NCBI GenBank assembly: GCA_965178125.1
Contig: OZ237749.1
Coordinates: 992,001-1,056,000, forward strand
Origin: Bilabrum cf. latius
Lineage: Eukaryota
Length of the DNA: 64,000 nucleotides
Direction of reading: 5' to 3'
The notes beneath the pieces are model-generated. The model did not search any database and was not told where the DNA came from. It saw nothing but the letters and a program-made list of their open reading frames with translations. The first letter of the stretch is position 1. Each line of letters begins with the position of its first letter. Shown here piece after piece: positions 1 through 12,500 of this stretch. A program made the translations under genes and the position numbers.

Positions 1-1262
1 CTCGCCCCGCCCGCCGCGGCCGCCTTGGCAGCAGCAGACGAGGACGAGGGCTTGAGGAACTGCTAGATCCACGGGTGCCTGGGTACACTGGATAGAGACA
101 GCCGCTGGCTCGGGTCCTTCTTCAGGAGCCGCTGCACGAAGTCCCTGGCGGCGTCTGAGACGTGCGCGGGGAACCGCAGGTCCACCTTGACGATCCTGCG
201 GTAGGTCTGCGTGTTCCCCGGGGCGTCGAAGGGGGGCTGCCCCACGAGCAGCTCGTACGCCAGCACCCCCAGTGCCCACACATCCACCTGGTAGTTGTGG
301 TCTTTGCCCTCGACCATCTCGGGGGGAAGGTAGTCCAGTGTCCCGCACAGCGTCCTGCGCCTGGAGGAGGGCGCGTGCACGGACCACCCGAAATCCGCGA
401 TCTTGAGCTCGCCCTTGTACCCCACCAGCAGGTTCTCCGGCTTGATGTCCCGGTGAATCACGTGCTTGGAGTGGCAGTACCGCAGTGCCCTGCTCAGCTG
501 CAGCACGTACGAGGCCGCCTTCCTCTCTGAGAACTTGCCCCTCCTCTGCAGGTCCTTGTACAGCTCTCCCCTGGGCGCGTACTCGAGGATGAGGTACACC
601 CTCTTCTCGTCCCAAAAGTACCCGTACAGCCGAAGGATGTTCCTATGCCTCAGGTTGGACTGGATCTCAATCTCCCGACGCAGCTGGTGCTCCACACCGG
701 ACTTGGTCAGCTGCCGCTTGTGGAGCACCTTGATGGCCACAATGTAGCGGTAGCGCTTCTCGCGGCACAAGTACACGTTTCCAAACTTGCCGCGTCCCAG
801 CGGCCGGCCAATATCGAAATCATCCAGGGTCCAACGTCTCTTGGGCTCCATGCCTGTGCCCCCACCGGTGTCGTCGCCTGCTGCTGCCTTGCCCTCGGCC
901 GCCCCAGCGGCATCGCTTGCAGCTGCACCAGATGGCATGGGTCGCAGCATGGCCGAACCGGATGAGGATGCCATAGCATCTTTTGCAATCTTAGATGCCA
1001 TGTCGGACGTATCTTCTGCTCGTTTTGTGGCACCACCGCTTGGAGCAGCAGCTGCAGCAGCAGTAGATCGGGGCAGCGACGGGGCTGCAACCTTACTCCC
1101 ATCTCGCGAAATATCTCCGGCATTTGCCTTCGAAGAAGAGTCTCCAAGAGCACATCTAGCAGGTTTATCGCTAGACGGTGCTGTAGTTGTGCCTGCAATA
1201 TGCAATACTGTCGCTCGAGCAAGAGTGCGCGGATGAGCAACTGGATGGATTTGGGTCGACAT
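1..1262 (-). CDS. Aurora-family Ser/Thr protein kinase (3' end runs off the window)
   Basis: ATG at 1262. Motifs: [69 protein letters not shown]. The TAG at 63-65 after HPWI is followed by an open frame (QFLKPSSS...) to the window edge. Confidence 0.95.
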
Positions 1263-1470
1263 TGCGATACTTCGCCGTTAGCCACTCACTTAATGCACTC
1301 ATAGTACTATGAATAAACGGTTTCCTGATTGTGGATTCTTGAGTACCAGTAGCAGAGGTACTTTGCAGAGTGGCGCGTATTGCCCAGAAAAACGGACCGA
1401 AGCGTATTTGAAACAGAACGCTACAAAGCAAGCGAGCGCGAAATACTTTACGCCCTAATTGAGAGCCAAA

Positions 1471-2773
1471 ATGGCCGCTGTTTCAGGGTCCAGTGGTGCC
1501 CTGTAGGAGAAAAGTAGCAATATCAGTCCATCTTCAGAGGACAAGTCAGAAGGAGCCGCACCTCCCGTTTCCAAGCCGGTGTCGCCGAACGACTTCGAGG
1601 TTGGCAAAATATTGGGAAAAGGCAAGTACGGAACGGTATATAGGGTCCGCTATAAGCCCACCAAGTAGACACTTGTACTTAAAACTGTTCTAAAGCGAGA
1701 GATTCTGGTAAGTGCAGCTTCAATCGCAATGCAGCTCAGCACTCTGGGCAACGGCTACCAACGTCAACTCTGTTGGATTTCCCTGTTCTTACCTTTGTCA
1801 AACGCAGGAGGATGGTGTCAAGCACCAGTTGCAACGTGAAGTTGAAATACACTCGCGCTGCCGACATCCGAATATTGTTCGCTTCAAGTGCTTCCTATAG
1901 GACAAGGACAGGCTGTACATGGTGCTGGAGTACTGCAACAAGGGAAACTTGTACGAGATGATGCAGAAGCAGGCCGACAAACGATTGAGCGAGGATACGG
2001 CACGAAACGTACTTGCTCAGTTAGTGTCTGCATTGCAGTATCTTCGGGAGAGCAAGCGAGTTCCAATTATCCACCGTGACATAAAGCCCGAGAATGTGAT
2101 GGTTTGCTACGACAAGGCCACGAAAAAAAGGACGTACAAATTAGGTGATTTCGGTTGGGCCGTGTAGCACGTCCCCAGCTCGGTTCGAGAAACGCTATGC
2201 GGCACGCCAGAGTACTTGCCCCCGGAGGTGGCCCAGTCGGAGCGGTACTCGGGTGGGTTTGACATCTGGACGCTGGGCATCTTGCTCTACGAGATGCTCG
2301 TAGGCAGAACCCCATTTTCCAGCGATAGTGACAGGGAGAGCCAGCACACGTTTGAGGCCGTCGCCGACCGCATCGTGCTCGGCAAATTCGAGGTCCCCAA
2401 GTGCGTTCCCAGCGGCGCCGCTGACCTGATCCGATCCATGCTGCGGCTGGACCCGGCCAAGCGCATCTCGCTCCGGGGCATCAGGGAACACCCGTGGCTC
2501 AGGGGCGCAGAGGGCCTCGAGGGTGCGGGCCCGGCGACAGCCGCCGCCGCCGGGAAGCTGGGTGGGGCTGGAAGTGGCTCGGCAGTAGTTGGGGCCTGTG
2601 CACCTGCTGCAGGGCCCGCCCCTGCATCTGCTCGTGCTCGTGGTGGCACTGAGGGCGCGAGCAAGGGTGGGTAGGAAGACGGTGCAGAATCCTCGACAGC
2701 GGGGCCCGAGGCCGGCGCTGCTGCGGGTAGTCCGGGGAGGAGTGCCGCGGGGGGCAGTGGCTAGAGCACGTGA
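1471..2773 (+). CDS. Second, divergent Aurora-like kinase (~400 aa; intron 1708-1807; several TAG=Gln)
   Basis: ATG at 1471. NDFEVGKILGKGKYGTVY; intron GTAAGT...[60 protein letters not shown] (*=TAG). Ends at TGA 2771-2773. Confidence 0.9.
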
Positions 2774-3004
2774 GGAGGTGGGTGCGGCAAGTTGTGCGCT
2801 TATGGTGGCGATGGCGATGGCAATGCGACGTGAGTGAAACGCAACGAGTACTTAAAACATTTCTTGAATTACGGTCCAGCACGGCATACCCACACCAAGG
2901 GCAATCACAAGCAAACAGCCTCGAAACTGAGCTTGTGTCGCTCCCAAACTACACAACACGATCCATACATCGATCCATCCAATGATCGAGACAGGCACTC
3001 CGTC

Positions 3005-6000
3005 TCATTTGCCCTTCCAAGCGCCACCCCCAGTGCCTCGCTTGAGGAACTTGGGCCTTGCCTTGGTGGTCTTGCACCGGGGGATATGCCTCTCGGCCGC
3101 CTGCTCGTTGAAGGTGCGGCCGCAGTGAGGGCAAGGCACCATGCCCACTTGCTCGGCGGCGGGTGCAGCCGGCATGGGAATGTCCCGCGGGTCCTTGCCC
3201 TCCTTGACTGCCTTGTTGTACTGCCTGTTGGCCATCATCGCCTGCCGCAGTGCTTCGGACCTTGCCTTCCAGTTGTTCTTCTTGCCCCCAGCGCCCGCAC
3301 CTGCCCCCGCACCCCGACCACCTCGAGCCCCTCTTCTGCCTCCTCCTCCGCCGCCTGATTGCCTAGCCAGATCCTTTGCCTCTTTGGGCACCTTTTCAGT
3401 CTTGAAGACCTTCCTCTTCTGCTGGAAGACCTTCTTGCACACCTTGGCGTGCTTCACTAGGGCAGCCTCTCTCATCCTCCGGCCGCACGAAGGACACTCC
3501 TTGAGGACGAGGTCGGGCGGGGGCTGCTCCTCATCCATGCCGCCTGTACCCGAGCCTCCCAGAGGTGCGCCGCCACCCATACCACTGGGTCCGCTGCCCC
3601 CAAACGAACTCCCGCTTGCGCCCGTCCTGCCGGGATCACCAGTCTCACTCGTCATACCGCCCGAGTCAGTTCCAAAGCCAGTCTCTCCCGTCCCCTCGGT
3701 GCCCCGGCTCGACTCCATCCTGCCGTGTAGCCTACCCCCCGAGTCCCGGTCGCGGTCTCCTGCTCTGCCCCGGCCCCCGCCCCGCCCTCGCCCTGCCCTG
3801 CCACCACCGCTGCGTCCGCCCCCCCCGAACATGCCCTCCCCTGCCTCCTACGCGCTGGTGCCCATCTCCTCCCGCTGCTGCTCGGCCACGGAGCGCACCC
3901 CCCTCGCACCGGGCAAGGGGGCCTCCATCGGGTCCCCATGGGGCTCTGCCTCCTCAGCAGGTGGGCCCGCGGGTCGACTACCTCCCCCTGGGGACCTGCC
4001 GAACCCTCCTCCACGAGAGGTCCCGCCCCTTCCACTTCCCCTGCCAGCACCGCGCGCACCCGACCTTCCTCCTCGCCCACCGTCCCCGTCCCCGTCCCCG
4101 TCCTCATCGTACCCCCGGACATCGTCCCCCCGCCTGCCGAACCGCGACTCCCGCCTCGCCCCGTCCCTCCCGTGCCCTCCTCCATACCCCTCCTCGGGCC
4201 CCTGCCCGCTACCGTCTTCGTCGGCCTCGTCCTCGTCAGCCACCCCCCGCCACGCCGGCCTGCCAGCGGGTGAGGAGCCTCCCGACCTCCTCCCGTGGGT
4301 GGGCGCTCCTTCCTCCTCGCCGGCGCGTCTCGATGGTGACCCTCTTCCTCTGCCTCTGCCTCTGCCTCTCCCATCCCCTGGGCCCCGCCTCGACCCGGAA
4401 TCGTATTTCTGCCGCAGGTCCCCAAAGCCGCCGTCGTCCTCCGCTGGATCGTACGAGTCCCCATACCCGCCATCGGGCCCACCCGCTCCCGCGTACTCCC
4501 CTGGCCCGTCATCAAAGGCAGCGTCACCCAGACCCCCTCTCCCTGCAGCCCCCGCTCCGGCATCGTCCGCATCGAACAGGATCATCGACCTGTACTCCGG
4601 CACCGGCATCCTATCTGACAGCCCCAGGTGCATCACCCCTTCCACATCGCCCGATCCCGATCCTCGAGGAGCCGCACCACCACCACCACCACGGCCACCG
4701 AACGGAGGACCCCTACCCCTGCCACCCCCCAGCCGAGGGTGCGCGCTGCCAACCGGCCTCTCCCTCTCTCTCCCGCCATCATCAACCCGCCGATGAGAGC
4801 CCCCCGAAGGCCCGAACCCGGTCCCGCCTCCACGCCCACGCCCACCGCCCCGCACTCCTGCCGAAGCGCCGCGCCTACCGTACGCAGGCGCATCAGCCGC
4901 GGACCGCTCTCGTCTACCGCCGCTCATGCCCACGTCGGAGGCAGCTGGTGGCACAGACGGGTCAGAGCTCGCAAACTCGCTGTTCCACGCCGGCCTGCGA
5001 GCTGTCCTCCGCTTCGTCCCACCAGCACCCGCGCCCCTGCCCCTGCCGCTCCCTTCATCCTCGTCGGACCGCAGCAAAGACATGAACGCCTAGTCGGCCT
5101 CAGCTTGTGCCCGCTGGCCCGCGTCCATGGCCTCCTCATCGCCTCTAACCCTACCCCCGCCCCGATCCAGATCGCCCATGCCCATCGCGCCCCGACCCCT
5201 ACCTCTCCCTCTCGCCGCCCCTCGCCCCTCACCGTGCTCCCCGCTCGGGGGTCGGCTGTCCCGCCGCCTGCCCCGGGTGCTGTACCCCCCATCGTCCTAG
5301 TCGCCTGCCCTGCTACCTCCACGACCGCCGGAGAACCGCCCCTCCCCTCCTCGCCCTGCCTCGCCCCCCCGGCTGTAGCCCCCCATACCGGGGCTGTCCC
5401 CGGAGGGCTCCTCCACGTGAGTCGCGATGCGGGGGCCTCCGTACCCACCGTCATCGCCATCATCCACGGTAGTTCGAGCGCCCATCCTACCCCCGCCGTA
5501 CCGGCCCCCGGCACCCGGGCCCCCTCCCCGTCCGCCACCGCCACGCGAATCCAGGCCAGAGCCTCGAGATCGAGCATCGCCATATGTTTGGCGAGGTCGA
5601 CCAGCTGAGTCCGGTCCTCGGCGGCCTCTAGAAGCCGAAGACCCTCGTGAGTCCAAGCCACTGCCAGGTCGATGGTCGCGTGGATCTCTGCCAAAGCCGG
5701 GGCCTCTGGTCGGGCCTGGCCCGCCAGCGCCTCGAGGACCCCCTGACCGAAACGAGGAGCCGCGCCCGGGTCCACGGGAAGCGATGCCTCCACGGGACCT
5801 AGTTCTATCCGACCAACTAGATGGGTCGTCTTCAGGGCCTGGGGCCGCTGATCCACGCTCAATAGCCCGGTACACGTCTCCATCGTCCTCTGGACGCTCA
5901 GTTCTTGGGTTCACACTGCGGAGATTCGGCTCGGGAGCGCACCACGGTAGTGTAGCATTGAGCGCAAGGCAGTATGAAGCGACATTTGCGGTCATCATTA

Positions 6001-6143
6001 TGGGAAGCTTACGCTGGCTTAAATGTGTGGTCTTCAGAAACGCGTCCGGCTCGGCGCTCTTCACGCAAGCGCTTTGCCCGCTCCATGGCTTCTCTTTTGC
6101 GGGCCGCCCATTCAGACGCCTAGCTAGAATTAGTACGAGCCAT
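3005..6143 (-). CDS. C2HC zinc-finger protein, ZC2HC1-like C-terminus, long Gly/Arg-rich low-complexity body (~1,013 aa; intron 5916-6012)
   Basis: ORFs 5297-6190, 3848-5083 and 3005-3832 share one frame and are separated only by TAG. Fingers: CPSCGRRMREAALVKHAKVC and CPHCGRTFNEQAAERHIPRC. Exon 1 (MARTNSS*ASEWAARKREAMERAKRLREER...TFKP) splices in phase via GTAAGC...CAG. TGA stop. Confidence 0.8.
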
Positions 6144-6508
6144 ATGGCTCTTGTTCCTGCTGCTAGGAACCCGTCGCATCGCCAATCCACGGCGTTCTGC
6201 CTTCAGTCGCAACGGCCGTCTGCTCGATTTGGCACGCTACTTCTCGACACAGAAATTAAAAATGGCCAACACAAATCAATCCCGGCAACGGGGGCCTTTT
6301 AAATATTGCCTCAATGTTTGGGTTCTTTTCTACTCCTGACACATCGAATGTGAGAGGGCGCACGTCATCTGTTACCGAGACGAGCCGCCGATCTTCGGTT
6401 GTTTCGCAGCAGTTGCACCTTGACGAGAGCGCACCAGTACAGCAAAAAAAGCAGGTGTCAGCAGTAAGCTCTGGTGCTCCGGCATAGGTTGGAAGTTCAT
6501 CGCTCCCT

Positions 6509-9500
6509 ATGAGATTCTAGAAATCGAATCCAGCCAATGTTGGGGGCGTGCGCATCGGCGACACACTTCACTTGCTTGACGATGCAACTGGGCTCGTTCT
6601 TGGAGCAGACGGGCTGCTGGCATTGAGCGTAGGGCTTGCTCGACCGCAGGCGCCCCCATCGTTGACAGCCTTTGAACTTGTATCGGCAACTGACGGCCCG
6701 CCGCCGGACCGCATGTTCGTCCCAAGGGCCACTGGCAGCTCTGGCTACGGTGCAGGGCAGGAATCCATCGAATCAAGCGACCCGAGCGGCGCAGCGGCCA
6801 TCTCGAGCGGATCTGGAGCCCGTGTTGACCTTGAGCTGCAGCGAATGGCGCAGTGGCCTCGATTATTAGCCTCGTACATCGAGCGGGTCGGCGCGTCCCG
6901 GCTGCGGGAGTCATCCCTTGACCGTGCCATGGCCAGGACATTGCGGTCGCACCCCAACATTTTGTCCATGGCAGTGGCATTCGAGCCAGGCGTGTTTTAC
7001 AAGGAAGAAGGCGCTACACAACCAGAAAAAGCGTACTGCAGGTTTGTCCTTAGGGAGGCCGGGTCAGGCGAGGGCGACGGCACGGGGGAGGGGGAGGGGG
7101 AGGTGTCATTTGCGTACCTTCTCCCTCCGTTCTACACCCCACTGTACTCCACCTGGCCCTGGTACCGCAACCCCAAGATCTCGGGAAGGGCAGAGTGGTC
7201 TCCTCCCTACGTGGACGAGGGCACCCCCAGGCCCATGGTCACATACAGCGTGCCCATGTGGAGGCATGGCGTGTTTGTGGGCGTCGCCACCATGGACGTG
7301 CTGCTAGATGCCAGCAGCACAGCGGGACAGGCCACGCTCACGGATGTTGAGAGCCCGGCTGATGCCAGAATGGCTGCAGGTGGACTTTCAGCCGGAAGCC
7401 GGGCAGCATCCACATCTAGCGATGCTGAAGGCATTGCGCAAGTGGGCCCAACTGAGGCGCAGGATGTGAAGGGGAGCGACGATGCGGATGGCGAGACACG
7501 AACGGCTGCACTGGAGCACTTGGAACAATTGGCCAGAGGACCTCGCAGGGAGGCGGCTCGCCTGGCAGGGGAGCTGGCCCATGTGCACGCGCCGGAATCG
7601 CACGGTGACGGCGACCCATCGGAGAGGGGAGCCTCTGCCGTCGGGAGTGACGCTCTGTTTCCTGCCGCAGAGCTGGAGAACACGGTGCGCTCGGTGGTGT
7701 AGAAAGAACCCCTGGCGTTTGGCAGCTGCATCGCGTTCGCTCCTGGGGTGTACCAGGGCCAGCGGTTGGCTAGTTTCTACACCTGTGTGGATGACGCGGC
7801 ATCGAGTGGGGCGGCGGCAGGGTCAGGGTCCGGTGGTGGTGGCGGTTCAACAGCCGTGCCGTCCGGGCAGAAGCGGCTGATCGACGTGATTCCTCTAGAC
7901 TACGACTTCACGAAAGACGACTGGTTCAAGCGCCCGATGCGAGACAGGCGAGACTATTGGAGCGAGCCTTACTTCGATGCAGGGGGAGGTGACATCTGGA
8001 TGGTGACATACAGCGCGCCCGTTCTGAATGCGGCGGGCATGCTCCTGGCAGTGGTGACCATCGATATCAGGTACAACCAGCAGGTCAAGGGATGGTTCAG
8101 AGAGGCTGAGGAGCACGGCGATGAAATCCAGGCTTGCGCTTCCTGCGGGCTGCCGTGCCCCGAGTCCTACTGGAGGTGGCCTTCCGACGGTACCCACGTC
8201 GGCGCGGGCGAAGGGGCGGAGGACTCGGTGTACTGCGACTGCTGCCTCCAAGGCGGGCTAGTGCACGATCCCTCCGCCTCCGCCTCGTCCTCGTCCGCTC
8301 TCTCCGAGCACGGGGAGGCGCCTTTGCTGGGGGGCACGGATATCCGCACTTCTCGAGCCGGGCTGCAGCATGTGAGCTCAGCCAGGTGGCAGGAATGGAA
8401 CACCCGCACTCGCAAGGTCCGCCGGCCGGTTCGGTACGGCCAGATCGTGCAGCTTCGAGCTATCGGCAGCCAGTTGCTGTTGTCTACGAAGATTTAGAAA
8501 CAAGCCTTTTCCACGGCAAGCGGGGGCTCCTCTGTTGCTGCTTGCACCCCAGAAGAGCTGCTGTGCGTGTCTAACGCCGCTGTGGAGCGAGTTGTCGATG
8601 GACGGCGGCAGCAGCGTTCCGCTGCGAGCCTCGCTTCAGCCGGCGCGGCTGCTGCTTCTGAGCGAGACGCGAACGGTAGCGACAGCCAGGTTCGTACGAA
8701 GATGGCTGCGCCCGGCCTGCCCGATTCTGCCCCGGCGCCCTCCACAGGCACATCAGATGCGCGAGACACGCGCGAGAGGGCCGGTGCTGCCACAGCCAGC
8801 GCCACCTCCGCATCCAGCCGAGATGTGCAGCCCCAAGGCACTGACGAGTCCAGCACCGGCCCGAGGAAACGGCGGGTCACTGCTGCCCCGAGCAAGTCAA
8901 GTTTAGTAGCATTGCAGCCGCTGCAATCGCAGGCTGAGGCTGGTGGCCGATCGAAGCAACCGCGGTCGATGAGTGCCCTGGAGGTTGCTCTGAGGACCCC
9001 TGGGCTGCAGGGGTTCGGTGCTGCGGCTGGCGGTGAGAGGTTGCACGGCGTGTAGCCTGGCAGATGGCGGGTGCAGACGGAGACCGGCCCCGACCCATAC
9101 ATGGAGGGCACTTCGGACACGTGGTTCGTGGTTTAGTGCGAGGGCAGGGCCGATGGGGAAGAGGTGAAGTGGGGGGATGCCATCTAGCTGGTCAGCCACA
9201 GGTGGCGGGCCCCGGTCGGCGTGGCGCTGCAGGGCGCCTCTGCTGGCGAGCTGCTGGGCGAGAGGGAGGCTCCGACGGAGGAAGCGGTCGTTGGTGCCCT
9301 CATCCGGGAGGCATCGATGGCGTCGGCGACGTCGGGGCAAGGGGAGGGGGTGCCGTTCAAGCCGTCTGTGTGGTACAAAGTGCTGGCATGGGCAGACAGA
9401 GCCAAGGGGAGGGTCAGAAGGGTCCCGAGGCCGCTGCCCAGGGCAGTCGGCATCGGTGTGCTGGCAGCACTGCGGGCGGGTACATACGCTCGGTCGGCGG

Positions 9501-12500
9501 CCGCAGGGGTGGCTGCAGCGACTGGTCCAGGCCAGTCTAGCAGGCGATCGAGCCTCGGCCAGGCCTCTGGGAGGGCCGCTGGTTCTATGACGACGGGTCG
9601 CAGTCCAGGGTTCGTCAGAGAGGAGGAGCATGGAGCAGTTGCCTCCACGCTCGGTCCTGCCTCGAGCCGCTGGCGCGTGGTCCGAGCAGCGAATCCGAAT
9701 GAGAGCGACACTTCGTTGGCAGCGGGAAACGGGGTGTGGGGGGCGGTTCTGGCGCCGTCGTTTGCGCGACTCGCGGCAGAGGGAGGCCGGCTGGTCGCTG
9801 AGCACGACGAGCTAAGGGGCGCGAGTCGACGGGGGAGGAGGGCAGTTCGCTTGCAGACAGGAGGCGCAGTGGCACAGCCGCTTCAAGAGGGGCCGGCGGT
9901 GTACTTGGATAACGTCTGGCAGCTCGTTCCGGTCGGAGCGCCAAGTGGCGATGGACCTGGATCTAGTGCAGACGTTCATTTACTGCATGCTGTGTCGGGT
10001 AGGTTTGTCTCCGTCTCTGGAGAGTAGATTGCCCTGGACCCCCGAGACAGTGACGATGCAGGTGGCGCGACGGGCAGTAGCAAAGACCCGGTGCAGGTGT
10101 TGCAAACGACCGCAGATGTGGATAATGCTGCCGTATTCACTGCGTGGCTGGCAGGGATTGAAACCCACGGCGCTGGCTCTGGAGCTGCCGGCGTGTACCT
10201 GTCCCACGTGCCTACTAGTATCGTGATGGATGCATCGGCACTGGGATCCCGCCCAGTGAGGCCGCAGTGGGTCACTGTAGGATCCCGTGGGAGCTTGTTG
10301 CTTGAATCAGACAGAGAGGCAGCGCTGCTGATTGAGTCTAAAATTGTCTCGCACCGATTCGGAAGGCCACTGCGGTTCTGGGTCAGTGTGCGAGACTCGC
10401 TGCTAGGGTGCTCTAATGTCATCCGGGGCATCCAGCGCCAGCGCTAGGCAGGCGGAGACTCGTCCATCCACCGAGCCGAACAGGTTCGGCTCCTACAGGC
10501 AGCGCTCGCCGGTGCGCTTCTCATCCATGACGAGATCTCGTCGGCTGAGCCGGCGGACGCGCACAGGGCCTCTGTGCTGGCCATCCGGATCGCCGACTTG
10601 ACTCGCTCCTAGCTGCAGCAAGACCCCGAGGGCGGTGGAGTGGCCTCTACCGGTGGGGGGTCGACCGTCTGGGACGCTGGCACGATGAGCGGCGGGGCGT
10701 CCTCATACAGTGATGAGTCTGACGCAGCGGTGCGAGCCGGAGAGCTCCGGAAGAGCCGTGACTTCACCTCGGATGATGCTTGGTGGAGAGTGGCCGTCCT
10801 GGCACGCGAGGAGCACGGGGGACTCAACCAGGCATCCATTGCGTTCTTCGCCGCAGCAGATGTGTTGTCTGTTCTGCTGGACCTCGCCGTGTTCGCCCTG
10901 AAATCCAGGAGCGCCACTGGTGGTTTTGGGGGCAAAGGTGCCGGTAGCTCCAACAGCGCCTCGCAGTCGACTACTGGCCATGCTCCCACTGTCAACAGCA
11001 GGGATGACACGGATAGAGTGGAAGCGGCCGTGGAGGACGAGGTAGCGAGGCGTTGCATCGCGGTTAGTCTGCACGTATGCAGCGCAGCCAGCTCTCTGGC
11101 GCCCTCGCTGGCTGCTGAGGTGGCACCCCGGGTGGGTCATCTGATGCAAGCGCTTTCTAGTGGCCAAGAAGCTGCCCTCTCCCGCTTGGCAGCTCGACTC
11201 GTGTCCTCAGTCATCTCTGTTCGACCCTCCACGTGCAGCTCGCTGGCATCTGGAGATGTCAGGCAGGTCGTGCAGCTGGTACTGTCCCAGCGCAGACTGT
11301 CGCATCGTCTCCTTGGGCTGCTCACGTCCATCAGCAGCCAGGCGTTCTTGCCAGGCGGGGGTCCAGAACGGTAGGTCAAGGAGGACTGCGGCGGCTGCAG
11401 CAGCGTGCACTGGGCAGCCAAGCTGGTCATCGACGGCTTGCTGCTCCGTGGGAGCCCGCCGTTCGTGCTTCGTCTGCTCTCGCAGGACCACCCCTTCTGG
11501 CTCGAAATGGCGGAGGCACGCGGAGACGGGGACCAGGGCGCGGATGCTGGTGTGGCGGGTGGATCCAGCGACAGGGCTGCGAGCCAGGGGGCCGTGCATC
11601 TGGATGAGGCAGGTGAGTTGGGGACGGATGCATCCCAGGGCGCTGCCCCGTCGTGCTCAGCGCAAGCGATGCAGACACTCCTCCGTCTGTGCCACCGCCT
11701 CTGCGTCGGCGTGTCTGGGAGGAGACTGCGGGGCGTGCTGTGCGGTGCTTCCATGCTGCAGCCCCGGGCCCTCCTCGACCTGGTCAGGGATGAGAGCCTG
11801 CCTCCCTCGGCATTCGGAGTGCGGTGCCAGCTTGCGCACCTCTTTCGGGTGCTCTATCTCGAGCCGCAAGCGGACTGGAGGTGCGGCATGCCGCGGGTTG
11901 TGGCTCAGGGAATACCGCAGTCGCCCAGCAGCGGGTCTGGGTCTGGGTCTGGGTCTGGGTCTGGGTTCAGTGCGCGCCGTGAGCCTCGTGAATCGCAAGG
12001 TACATTTGCGGTGGGCATGGTGCGCCCCTCTGAGCCCAGGGATGCCTGGACGGGTGGCCATCTCGGGGTCACGGAAGGGCTTGGAGTGTGGCGGAATGTA
12101 CCAGGACTTGCCGAGTCCACCGAGGTCAGCATTCTGGTGTACCGAGGGGAGACGATTGGAGAGGCTCGTGTACCGGCAGGGTCGGTGGGTTTCGATTCCA
12201 TACAAGACTTTCTCGTAACGTACCTGGCCCGGTGCTTGCCCATGGCGAACAAGAACGAGCTATCGATTGCGGTTCTGTCGTTGCTGTCAAGCTCACTGCG
12301 CCGAGGGCTGTGCAGCCAGCGGTAGGCAGTGGATCTAGTGCCATTCCTCGGTCAAATTCTTGCCGCGGAGCAGGACAGAGACGGTGTAAATACGAGCCGG
12401 AGCCAATACTTGAGATCTCAGATTTATCTCCATGAGATGAAGTTGATTGCGTGCCAGTTCCTGCACACGATGCTTGACGTGTGCATTGCAGTGCAAGCCG

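Noticed and set aside
3141-6302. Long Pro-rich plus-strand ORFs, and similar antisense ORFs throughout the window
   Set aside because: These are shadows of GC-rich, Gly/Arg-rich genes on the opposite strand and carry no recognisable motifs.
6929-8070. Bacterial contamination or chimeric contig at the Cache domains
   Set aside because: The domains are in frame with IP3R-like sequence on both sides, use TAG as sense (7700-7702) and carry the same Gly-rich inserts as neighbouring genes. Read-level confirmation is still advisable.
11933-11966. (GGGTCT)n hexamer run resembling a telomere-like repeat
   Set aside because: It is short and in frame, encoding a Gly-Ser linker. Similar coding microsatellites occur elsewhere (for example the CTG run near 38903-38928 and the GGCACT run near 61864-61893).
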